A stretch of 64,000 nucleotides of DNA, taken from NCBI GenBank assembly GCA_951406725.2, contig OX597814.1, forward strand, positions 79,422,001 through 79,486,000, in the 5' to 3' direction. The notes beneath the pieces are model-generated. The model saw only the letters and a list, made by a program, of their open reading frames with translations. It was not told the DNA's origin and ran no database searches. The position numbers were made by a program, and so were the translations under genes. Below are positions 51,566 through 64,000 of the stretch, piece by piece (within the stretch, counting starts at the first letter, position 1; every line of letters starts with the position of its first letter). Origin of the DNA: Octopus vulgaris (taxonomy: Eukaryota).

Positions 51566-52938
51566 ATGTATGTACTCAAGTACTGGAGTAGATTTTAGTA
51601 TTTGTGTCATTAAGCAACCAAGAGTAATTTTTTAATTCTGGATTAAATGGAAATTCTAATGCAAATTTTGTTTCCGTTTTTATTTTATTTTGCTTTTGTT
51701 TCAAACAAAATCATCCATCAATCAAATATCTTTCGTCGCCGGCGTATCCACCATCACCACCATCACGCACTTCCTAGACGTTGTCGTGGTCGTCGTGGTC
51801 GTGGTGGTCGTCTCATTGTTCTTCTCTTCCACCTCATCATCATCACCATACTACACCACTACCACTACTATCAAGATTCCCCACCACCACCAACAACAAC
51901 AACGACAACAACAACATCACTATCCTTATCCTCCTCTCCCACCTCCTCCACATCAACATTAAGATCATGATCATGAGCCTCCTCAAAGTCCTCATCATTA
52001 CTACCAAATCATTATCATCATCAACATCATCATTACGAAGACCACCGCCACCAATACCAGCACAAATTACCATAAATATCACCACCAACACCACCACCAC
52101 CACCATCATCCTCATCTTCGACATGGAAGAGGCAACGTGGAAGTGGTCATTCGACTTGTTATATACAGCAGCTAAATTTCCCTCATCTCTCACCTTACTT
52201 CTTGAGCACCATCCCCACCCTTACCCCTCACATCAGAAAAAAAAGCAAAGCAAAATAAAAGACTAGATACAACTTTAATGCTCTTGATCGTAGACCTGGG
52301 AAAAATCTAATAAGATAATATTCAGCAAAGACCAATAACATAGACTTTGTGCATTCGTTTCAATTTCTAGAAACAACAGTCAAACCTCTCTCAGATCATA
52401 CCATTTTGTCAAACAGCGGATGATATATGTCTGGAAAACAGAGACGTGGTAGTCACAGCCTGGAAGATTTTAAAAAGCAAAAACAAAACATCAACATCGA
52501 AATCAACAACGAAAACAATTTAACAAGCAGCAAGAACTTTGTGCAAGTATAATTAATAAAATCGATCGGCTGGCACTTGTTTTTAACGATACCCACTGAA
52601 TACAAGCTGAAGTCTGCAGAAATACATCATTTGTATATTTAACATTTTGCTTCTCTTCTCTCATCAGCAATTTGCTTTGCAGTTGCAAATGATTACCGCA
52701 TAAATATCTCTCCTAAAATGTCCTGTTTGAAAGGAAAGACTGGAGAAACAGTCGAATCTTGTAATTACAGATCGTATGATGTAATATGATAATACGTGGG
52801 CGCAGGTACGGCACTGCGGTTTAGAAATTCCTTTAGTAGTTACTTGCTTCCGAGTTCGATTTCACTGGGCCGCAGTTTGAGCAAGTGATTTCTATTATAG
52901 ACTCGAGTCGGTTTTAACCAATAATGTTTTAACCAATA

Positions 52939-52983
<45 letters not shown>

Positions 52984-53124
52984 AAGAGAGAGAGATGGGG
53001 GAGAGATGGGGGACAGATAGGCAGACAGACAGAGAGATTTGAATATTAGGTTTGCATTCGGGTCTTTAACAACTTTGTCAATATGCCTTAATAAACATTC
53101 GCACTTACACGCGTGCATACATTG

Positions 53125-53197
<73 letters not shown>

Positions 53198-54339
53198 GAT
53201 ATATATATAGAGAGACGATATATATATATATATCGACTAAGCCTCCCTTTACCGGGTTCCTTAGTTAGAAAGACCACATATAGAAAAAACAAATCAGGAA
53301 TGTTTATTCATAAATTTTTTAGTCGCTTCATCTTATATTATTTCGTTTGTATTCCCATTTCAGGGGCATCTTTCAGAGTATTTTCCCATTATGTGCCAGT
53401 TTGGCTGTATCAAAGTACAGACAAGCACGCACGTTAGCAAGAACGCAAACAAAACTATCCAGGTGTTTACAGTAAAGGGCAATAACTCCAGGTTTCACTG
53501 TTTAAATTTGTGGAAACAAACCTTAAAAAACCGTATATCTCGGGAATCTACGCTCCGATTTACGCGAAATTTGTTTTATTGCTTGTATTCACATTTCAGG
53601 GATACTTTACTTTCAGAGTATTCTCCTATTATGCGCCGGTTTAGACTTTTAGTATTATATATATAACTGATTTAGGATAGTGTTATGGTACCAACTTATA
53701 ACCGTTGATTTCATAACACTCTTAAAACTCTCTTGTTTTATTCTATTATTTTCTGTCTTTCTCTCTCTTTCTCTTTCTTACTCTGTGTGTGTGTGTGTTT
53801 GTGTGTGTATGTCTGTGTAGGGGTGTGTACGAGAGAAAGAGAGAAGGAGGGCATCTATGTGCGTGTATGTGTATCTATGCGTGTTTATACCGGTCTAAAA
53901 GCCGGTTTTATATATATATATATTCTCAGAACGATATAACTAAGTACCTTTGAAGTCTATGCTCCAGGATGGCTACAATTCAAGGATCAAATTACATTAA
54001 AATAAAAATGAATGTCTAAAATCTAAGTTACTGATGGGCAAAACTTCGTCCATTGATGAATCACAGAACCCATCAGTTTGTTGTATATTTTGCCAGTTAT
54101 GGTTCGTGTCCAGTGTCAAATGCCAAACTAGAATGTAGAATAACCCAGCCTGCCTAATTGTTAATATGTTATTGAACGAACAGAACTATAATCAAAGAAT
54201 TTGCAGCTCTGACCTACTCGTGCTTATTTCAGGGAGTTTTCTCTCTTGACACGCTAAGTTGTGACTCAAAGAAAATTTGGATGCTTCTTTTAATTGTTTG
54301 TACGATTGCTCAAGGGACCCTCCTTATAATTAATACAGT

Positions 54340-54950
54340 AATGGGTACTTACGTAAGACCTTCGCTCTCGATGGAGAATAAAGGTTATCTTCTCAAGGCA
54401 TGCCGACTCAAAGGGCCGGTTTACTGATTTCTCTGGCATATAAATTCCCCATTTGGATAGGAAGCCTGTCTGTCGCAGGATTATTCCCTTTTCCAGCTGA
54501 GAGGACTGGAGCAACGTGAAATGAAGTGTTTTGCTCAAGAACACAACGCATCGCCCGGTCCAGGAATCGAAGCCACAATCACACAACCATGGGTCCGGTA
54601 CCCTAAACGTCGCCTTCACTGTCAACGACTTTGCTTCACTGTTCTCTATTCTAAGCTGCCTTTTCTGCTTCTCCCTGATTGGAATATGAGAGAAGCACAA
54701 CTCTTTTACCAGGTCTTGTAGGTTTTGAATTGTAATCGTGGCTTCAGTAACTTCGATTTTTTTCTCTAAGTAAGAATGTTGGTCCAACGCACACCTTATT
54801 TTGATCTCTGGGAAGAAGTGGTCCATTTTAGTCTGCCCGTTATCCTTTGACCTGTCAGGCATGGAAGGCCTTACCACGAGCTCACACTTCACTAACATAA
54901 CTCTCAAGGTTTTTGAGACATACAAGTCACCACCCTGCAACGAAGACTGG
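54340..54950 (-). mobile_element. SINE copy plus RTE-like 5' UTR fragment
   Basis: SINE body at 54340-54605. Minus-strand GGTAAGGCCTTCCATGCCTGACAGGTCAAAGG resembles RTE 5' UTRs. Confidence 0.45.
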
Positions 54951-55334
54951 ATCAATGTGGTGGACAGTTATAATTGGCCATACTGTATTATTGATTGCCA
55001 ATTTTAATTAGCTTGCATGGAAAAGAATAACTCTGTCCATTTCTTCATACGAATATCTGATATTTCCGTGTTTGATGTGGTTGATGATGAACTTCATATC
55101 AAGGTTAAACAGGACCAGTAATTTTATTCTGTGAAGTGTTTAGTTCATGGTTTGAGGCGAGGTACATTAAATGGGATAAATGATAGCGAGGTGTGTGCAT
55201 CAAGCGATGTTGAGCAGGAGTGACACATGGTTTGTAATTCTAGATGAATAGAAGAGAAAAAGCATGTGGAGGTGAAAGTCATTGGTGAGTGGGGGAGGCT
55301 TAGATGAATTTTGTTTTGAATGTTCTCTAGAATA

Positions 55335-55550
55335 TTCGGTTCCAAATTTTGGCACAAGGCCAGCGATTGCAGGGAAGTGGGTAAGTCGATTACATCGACC
55401 CCAATACCGAACTGGTCCTTATTTTATCGATCCTGAAAGAATGAAAGGCAGAGTGGACCTTAGCGGAATTTGAACTCAGAACGTAAAGACGGACGAAATG
55501 CCGTTGAGCATTTCGCCCGGTGCAGTAACGATTCTGTCAGCTCAGGGCCT
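55335..55550 (-). mobile_element. SINE family B
   Basis: Well-conserved copy of the 18375-18562 family. Confidence 0.8.
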
Positions 55551-57143
55551 GATATGGTCTTTAGACTATTAATGTGTTCATGACATCCGTCTTGCCTCAG
55601 CTACAAGTGTTTCAACAATGTTAGGTTCAAATCTTACCATAAGAGATGTTTTCTGTCAGGTTGACTTGACCCGGTTATACTACATTAAATCGAATTCTTT
55701 CAATAGCATTTCCCGATATATCGATACTTCTATTTTAATGATTTATTTCATTACTGCTATAAACCAAGATTAATCTATTTGCATCGTAAACGACATGAAC
55801 ATCTAAAATATTCATACAAAGTATCTTGCAAACATCGTAATAATTTGCCTTTCTCGCTAGTTTCTTTTAAAACAATATTTTAGTATGAAATAAATCTTTT
55901 ATAGAAGACTTTTCTTTCGTGGAAGCAAAGGATTGCATTTTAGAAGCCATTTCTTTAAGACTGATTTTACTGCCTTCACTTTCTATTTTTCCACGTTTGT
56001 TTTAGTTATATTTATTAACGTGCAGCTTGTTAAAAGAGGAAAATATCATCAGCTGCGTGGAAACAGTATAAAGTCAATATATTTCTGTAGATTAGTCAAC
56101 CATCAGGATACCTGTTTGTACACATTTTAGGAGAAACAGTTAGGAAATGCTGAGAATAAAGATAAAAAGAATATAAATAAAAAGAAACGAAAAATTAAAG
56201 ACCAAATGTCTTGAACGGATTTAATGAAAAATATCCTATCGCGTAAAGGGAGAACCTTAGCTTTATTAGGGAAAATAATGCAGTTAATAATATAGATTGT
56301 AACATAAAGAAAATAGAAAGGAGTGTATGGACGAATGGTGAGTGAAAGAATAAATCAAGAAGTGTGAGGCGGGAATGTTGCTGAAGGTAAAGGTAAGCGT
56401 TAACAGCGGAAAAAGAAAATAACATTGTGAAGCAAGAAAGATAAGGAAAATTGTAGAGTTGAAAATTTAACATATGTAGCAGAGGAATACAATGTCAGAA
56501 ACCGGCTGCAGTTTAATGACAAGTGTTGCTTTCGCTGAGAATCGTCTGCATTGTTACAATTCAAGATTGTTTGATTTATGGCTTTCGTCATGCTAAAAGC
56601 TGTATTTATATTGAAAGGCGAACAAGAAGAATCGAGGAAAGCTTTTTGATGGCGGCAAAGAATGAAGAAAATATAATAAAAACCAAATGAGAGATAGAGA
56701 AAAGAAAATGTAAAAGAGGAAAGCAAAAGTATAGGAAGAAAAAAATGTTACAAGATGGCGTTGTAAATTGAAAGATTTCGTGACAAAGAATCTGTAGTGA
56801 CTTGACTGCGATAAATTTCATGTGTTTACAGTTTTTTTTCGCCAACAATTTGATGCTTAGGATTCATACTTAAGGTATTCACATAAAAAAATTATAAATT
56901 GGCATATACAATGTGGTGACTAAGTAATTCGTTGGCCTAATATCACAAATATATAAGCCGCGGCAATAGAGTTGCATCGTAACGTATGACTACAATATTA
57001 GATCGATTTCTATAGTGTGAGGAAACATGAAATATCTCAACTGGACGTTGGTGATTTTCGTCGGAGGAAATTACTATAATCAAATAGGAACTTGTTGCCA
57101 AAAGCATTACATTTCATTGTCTTTAGCTGGATTATTATTGTTA

Positions 57144-57235
<92 letters not shown>

Positions 57236-57236
<1 letters not shown>

Positions 57237-57450
57237 GAAACCTCACAGCTTATTTTGCTGGGTATGATGGTAAGTGTCAGCTGCCCACAGCCAGCAGACT
57301 AAGATGTTCTACCTTCACACTTGCACCATTCCTTTTCAGCCATGTTGAGTGCTGATACTTCCAAGTGCACCAATTACTATTGGTATCACATCTACTCTCC
57401 TCACTGACCACAACCTTCGTATTTCCCACTTCAAATCGTCATGCTTGTTT
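57236..57450 (-). mobile_element. R4/Dong-like 3' fragment, minus strand, beside (ATT)n
   Basis: KHDDLKWEIRRLWSVRRVDVIPIVIGALGSI. Confidence 0.75.
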
Positions 57451-57590
57451 ATATTCTTCTTCTTCTTCTTCTTCTTCTTCTTCTTCTTCTTCTTCTTCTT
57501 CTTCTTCTTCTTCTTCTTCTTCTTCTTCTTCTTCTTCTTCTTCTTCTTCTTCTTCTCATTATTATTATTATCATCATTTTTATGAGAGAA

Positions 57591-57632
<42 letters not shown>

Positions 57633-57751
57633 AGGGAGAGCAGTGCATGCCATCAAAGTGACACTAGGGTAAAATATATGAAGCCCATGACTAGTCCGAT
57701 GTTAGGAATTTTTTTCTAACAGTCTAATCTGTTGTGTGTGTATGAATAATA

Positions 57752-57795
<44 letters not shown>

Positions 57796-57823
57796 AATAA
57801 TAATAATAATAATAATAATATTA

Positions 57824-57884
<61 letters not shown>

Positions 57885-57895
57885 TAATAATAATA

Positions 57896-58640
<745 letters not shown>

Positions 58641-58668
58641 AATGATAATAATAATAATAATAATAATG

Positions 58669-58852
<184 letters not shown>

Positions 58853-58871
<19 letters not shown>

Positions 58872-60826
58872 CCTACGGCTGTAAAGACCAACTACTCATC
58901 AATAAGATGATCTTAGAAGATTGTCACAAACGACACAAAAACTTATCAATAGCCTGGATAGACTATAAAAAGGCTTTTGATAGCCTACCACATAGCTGGA
59001 TTAGGAAATGCCTTGAAATGTATAAGATAGCACCAACTCTGCGAAACTTCTTGACTGTAAGTATGAGATCATGGAGAACCACACTAACTCTGAACAGTGA
59101 CAGTGAATCCCTAAATGCTGGTGATGTAAAAATTTCGTGTGGCATTTTCCAGGGTGACTCACTGTCACCACTCCTCTTTTGTTTATCCTTAATACCTCTC
59201 TCAAAGCTGCTCAATGACGCGCAGTACGGGTATAAAATGTTTGATAAAAATATAAATCATCTCGTTTACATGGATGATTTAAAGCTTTTTGCAAAAAATG
59301 ATCAACAACTCAAGGGCTTACTAGCGATAGTCAAACAATTCAGTGACGACATCAGAATGCAATTCGGCCTCGATAAATGTGCAAAGGCTACCTTTATCAA
59401 AGGAAAAATGACAGAAACATCTAACGTTAACCTTGACCAACAGAATGTCATAAAAGAACTAGACCCAGCGGAGAGCTACAAGTACCTAGGGATAATTGAA
59501 GGGAACGGAATAAGGCATTCAGAGATGAAGGAAAGGATCAGGAGAGAATGCTATCGAAGAGTGAGAGCAATACTCAAGACAGAGCTGAATGCAAGAAACA
59601 GGATCGAAGCAATCAATGCATTAGCTATACCAGTCGTGACTTACAGTTTCAATATTGTTAACTGGTCAATTACTGAAATATGTCAGCTCGACAGAAAAAT
59701 AAGGAAACTGTTGACAATGCATAGAATGCACCACCCTAAGGCAGATACAGAACGACTCTATCTGCCAAGAAAGAGGAGAGGCCGTGGTCTTTTGCAACTG
59801 GCAATAACAATGAAGATTGCTACAATTGGCCTAGACACCTACCTGAAAAACTCTGAGGACTGGATGCTAAAACTTGTCTCAAAACATGAAAACAAGAAAG
59901 CATCATACTCAGTCACAAAACAGGCAAAGGAATATCTAAGTGAATTCCGAATACAACCAATTTCGGAATTAGAGATAGATATACAAGAAACAAGCACAGA
60001 AAAAGCTAGGCGCATGAAAACCCGTGCCAAAACTGCGGCCTTAGATATTCTGAATAATAAATGGCAAGAAAAACCTCTCTATGGCAAATACCCAAAGAGA
60101 GCGAATAATGCAGATATCGACAAAGCCCTGACCCATCAATGGCTAATGGCCTCTGGCTTAAAATCTGAAACAGAGGGGTTTATCATAGCAGCTCAAGATC
60201 AATGCCTACCAACAAGAAACTACCAGGCCAACATATTAAAGATCAGAAGCAGTCCAACGTGTCGTGTATGCAAGCAACAAAATGAAACCATTGACCATGT
60301 GGTCTCCAAGTGCAGTCTTCTAGCGCCTACAGAGTATCTCAACAGGCACGATAGAGCTGCACAATATATTCACTGGGTAATCTGTAAAAACCTGGATTTG
60401 CCCCATGAAAAAAACTGGTGGGAACACAAACCACCCCCAGTGCTTGAAAATGACCACATCTCACTCCTCTGGAACTTCACCATTCAAACTGACAGGAAGA
60501 TAGATGCAAATAGGCCAGACATCATATTGAAAAACTTCAAACAAAGAACATGCCTCCTCATTGATATGACTGTCCCAATCGATATAAACGTATCTGTCAA
60601 GACCTACCAAAAACTGAGCAAATATAAAGATCTTGAAATAGAAATCAGCAAAATGTGGAAGCTGAAGACTAAAACAATACCTGTTGTCATAGGTGCCCTG
60701 GGAATGATAGCAAAAGGGGCTGATAGCTACCTAACTCAGATACCAGGAAACCCAAAAATGGCAGAAGTTCAAAAGATAGTGCTCATGGGAACTGCTCATA
60801 TCCTACGCAAAATACTCTCTATGTAA
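58853..60826 (+). CDS. RT - zinc knuckle - restriction-like endonuclease (5'-truncated, uninterrupted)
   Basis: [15 protein letters not shown]; [10 protein letters not shown]; [13 protein letters not shown]; YMDDLKL; [14 protein letters not shown]; RHD; NRPDII..LIDMTVP..KLSKY. Confidence 0.93.
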
Positions 60827-61076
60827 TCTCAAGGTTTAAAACAAACATAATTTTCGTTTTAAAAAAAAAAAAAAAAAAAAAAAACAAAACAAAAAAAACC
60901 TTTTTTTTTTTTTTTTTTTTTTTTTTTAGACATTCATTAGTACAACATCCCCACCCCCCAAATATATGGCACACTAGGCATAACAACAACATGAACTTCC
61001 AACCCTGTTGTCTCTTGAGGTCTCTGGGTGAGACTTGGAGCCAACTTGTACAAATATAAAGCAAAAGTCAAACATA

Positions 61077-61118
<42 letters not shown>

Positions 61119-61119
<1 letters not shown>

Positions 61120-61778
61120 CACAAGATCAAAGCCTTCCCACCAGAAATCACCAAAAATATATAATGAAATACAAGTAACTGCAGAATACGTGGGGATAAA
61201 GAAGAAACAACAAACCATATTGTCTCTGGCTGTCCACTCCAGGCCAAGAAGGAATATATTCACTGACACGACAGAGTTGGGATCTATACACACTGGAAGC
61301 TATGCCAACACTGTGGAATAACAACAGAAAAAAGATGGTATAGGCACACGCCAGAAATGGTCACAGAAAATGAGGAAGCAAACATACTCTAGGCTATACC
61401 AATACACACAAATAGAGAAATTAAGGCCAATAGACCGGATAAAGTTGTCAGGTAACACAAAAAATGCTTCCTAATCGATGTATCAATACCAACAAATGGT
61501 AATATTTCTCTTTAGAGGTAACTCGAATGTGGAGCCTTAAAACAGAAACAATTCCTGTCATCGTAGGCACATTAGGTATGATAAAAAAAAACACTCAGAC
61601 AAATACATAACAAAAACACCAGGACTTACAAGTATATATAACATACAGAAAATAACACTACTAGGCACCGCACACATCCTGCATAAAACACTTTCAATAC
61701 AGAGAAAATAAGGGCACCACAACAAACCACAGCACATACCCAAGGTATACAGAGCACGTGATAAAAATAAGACTATTG
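61119..61778 (+). pseudogene. Decayed copy of the 57896-58493 R4-like family
   Basis: Colinear with 57896-58493 but with frameshifts and deletions. Flanked by (AAT)n. Confidence 0.85.
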
Positions 61779-61792
61779 AATAATAATAATGA

Positions 61793-61826
<34 letters not shown>

Positions 61827-61830
61827 GCTG

Positions 61831-61896
<66 letters not shown>

Positions 61897-61959
61897 ATAA
61901 TAATAATGATAATAATGATAATAATGATAATAATGATAATAATAATAATAATAAGCATG

Positions 61960-62157
61960 AATTCAAATTTTTGCCACAAGGGCACTCTGCGAGAGGGGAT
62001 TAAGTCGATTACATCAATCCCAGTGTTTAATTGGTACTTAATTTATTGACCCCGAAAGGATGAAACGCAAAGTTAACCACGGCGGAATTTGAACTCAGAA
62101 CGTAAAGACAGACGAAATACTGCTAAGCATTTCGCTTGGCATGCTAACGATTCTGCA
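61960..62157 (-). mobile_element. SINE family B
   Basis: Same family as 55335-55550. Confidence 0.8.
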
Positions 62158-62169
62158 ATAATAATAACA

Positions 62170-62660
62170 TACACATGGTTTGTCTTGGTATAAAAGATGG
62201 GCTATACCAAATATTCTGCTCAATACCACAGATTTGCTTGTCAGTTACTTAACATTAACAAGTTGAGCATGTCCCTTTATTTGCTGACGATATGTGCATC
62301 TCTGATCACGACCAGAAGTAGTGTGGGAGCACCATAGCCACGTATTGAGAGAAATTCTTTGAAGCCTGAATAATTCATACCTGGAAACGTAGGCGTTTCG
62401 TCCATCATCCGAAAACAAACCTTATTCAGGGACCATTTTAGTAGGATGGTCTCTCGACCTGAAGAATATTCTAACTGGGTCCTAGCTACAAGATCATGCG
62501 CTGTTTATCTTAATATGAGATCACCTTATCGCACGCATATAGTTGTGATACATGTGCCTGGCGTATCCTTATCAGACGGGTAGCCATGATGGGTATATTG
62601 AACTTCGTATATTTATACCCCACTGTCACTTTGATGATATGTGACTGCTCTCTCAATAGA
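62170..62660 (-). repeat. Unclassified interspersed repeat associated with (AAT)n
   Basis: Its right end is the reverse complement of GAGAGCAGTGCATGCCATCAAAGTGACACT.GGGTAAAATATA at ~57636-57690. Confidence 0.55.
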
Positions 62661-64000
62661 TATAATTTCAAAAATAAGCAGACACATTTAATTTGCACTT
62701 TAAAAAGACAAAATGATAATAATTTTAAATGATAAGAAAATCATTAACCAGAGCGCCAGTACTACCATCAATCTATAACTACTCTCAACAGCAACAACAA
62801 CAACAAACAAACAAACAAACAAAAGCATCAACAACATCATCATCAACAAAAACAACAATAGTAACAATTTATCTTTAGCTAAAGTTGCGAGACAAGGGAG
62901 GTAACTGTTGTTTAAGACTGAACTTGAAGCAAGAAGGCAGACAAGGCTGGTGCACTACATGCTTACAAACAAGCTGATGCCGGAGTATTTAGATAAGAAG
63001 AATGTAAGTCTCACAGCTATAGATAATAATGACGATGTAAACCCTTCCAACCCTATTACCTTTGCGGCATCTTCTAATGGCAGCAAGGCTATCCCTTTAG
63101 TATACCCCATTGTGAAAGTAGAGACAAGATCAAGCAGACTGGCGGTGGAGGACAGAAAGCGTTATTGTTATATGTGGTGAGAGTTAAAACCATTTGACAG
63201 TCAAATGCTTGGAAGGATGGCAAAGACGATAGTGACAATAGATAGCAGTAACAACAGCAACAATACAGTACAGACGATTGGAAGTACAGACGATTGGAAG
63301 AAGTACTATGAGTGGTATTATAGCACCACCGGCCACTTCTTCGAGGTTAATCAAAGTAGAAACGAAATTAGCTCCTCTTCATCACTATTAATACCAGATG
63401 AAGACGATGTATGTGGGGTACCGTGAAATTGAAAGTGATCCCTTCCTTTACAGTACAAAGGCGGTTAAAAGATAAAGAGCAGCAAATCTGAATTTTGGCG
63501 ATATGGGTATGGAATCTGAAGAAACATAAAGAACTATATAGACTATCATAAAGAACTAACATAAAGAACTAAAGAGAACAGAAATTGAAGGAAGAGGCAA
63601 AAATAAAACAATGAAATTACAATTAAAAAACAACAGGATATGTTGACGAAGCTAAAATGACCCAAGGAATATTGTTCTGATTGGGGGACAAATTATGGAT
63701 TGAACACTTCAAATCCCAAAATGATAGTTGGCTGATGAAAATCACAATAACAACTTAGCAACGATTAATGAAGCAGTCCCCAGATGATATGAGAGACTTC
63801 GAGGTTCAGTGTAAATTCAGAAGACTCTAGTTTGTAGCTGTATGTGGACAAAAACTCGGGGCTGAACGGGATTGGAATTATGGATTCTTCACTGAATCTT
63901 ATACACAGTGTCTCTCACTTCTGCGTAAGTAGGAACTTTTTTTTTTGCTAGCTAAATTCCCTATATTGTATCACACTTTAAATTGTCCACTTATCTATTG

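Noticed and set aside
54290-54955. 221-aa minus-strand ORF
   Set aside because: It runs across an RTE-like UTR fragment and a SINE, so it is a chance open frame.
57636-57700. HDV-like ribozyme at the start of the unclassified repeat (also ~62590-62655, minus strand)
   Set aside because: A CAGTG/CACT pairing is present, but P3/L3/P1.1 could not be assigned in these diverged copies.
62908-63900. Short ORFs near the window end as a gene
   Set aside because: Interrupted by stops with no identifiable motif. Possibly an old LINE ORF1, but this is unsupported.

Overview
AT-rich, microsatellite-saturated, gene-poor eukaryotic DNA. The SINE families and simple-repeat load look like an octopus/cephalopod genome (inference). 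No host protein-coding gene can be supported. The centrepiece is a young Penelope-like retroelement (PLE) of the Naiad type on the minus strand (22723-32165). It is a 5.57-kb unit plus a 3.87-kb 5'-truncated upstream copy and encodes RT plus a GIY-YIG endonuclease. The ORF is split only by two identical 1-nt shortfalls in C5 runs. Each repeat carries a type I hammerhead ribozyme with an ~85-nt extended stem II, and the whole element sits in the (TA)n tract of a SINE. Several other hammerhead-bearing PLE fragments of different families are scattered through the window. At 57-62 kb, R4/Dong-type RLE retrotransposons are stacked in (AAT)n tracts. The largest has an open RT-CCHC-RLE frame and a 4x 21-nt reiteration at its 5' truncation junction. 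The rest is SINEs, Tc1/mariner and hAT relics, LINE relics, a tRNA-Cys pseudogene and local duplications. All calls come from reading the sequence by eye. No searches or folding programs were run, and repeat boundaries are approximate.
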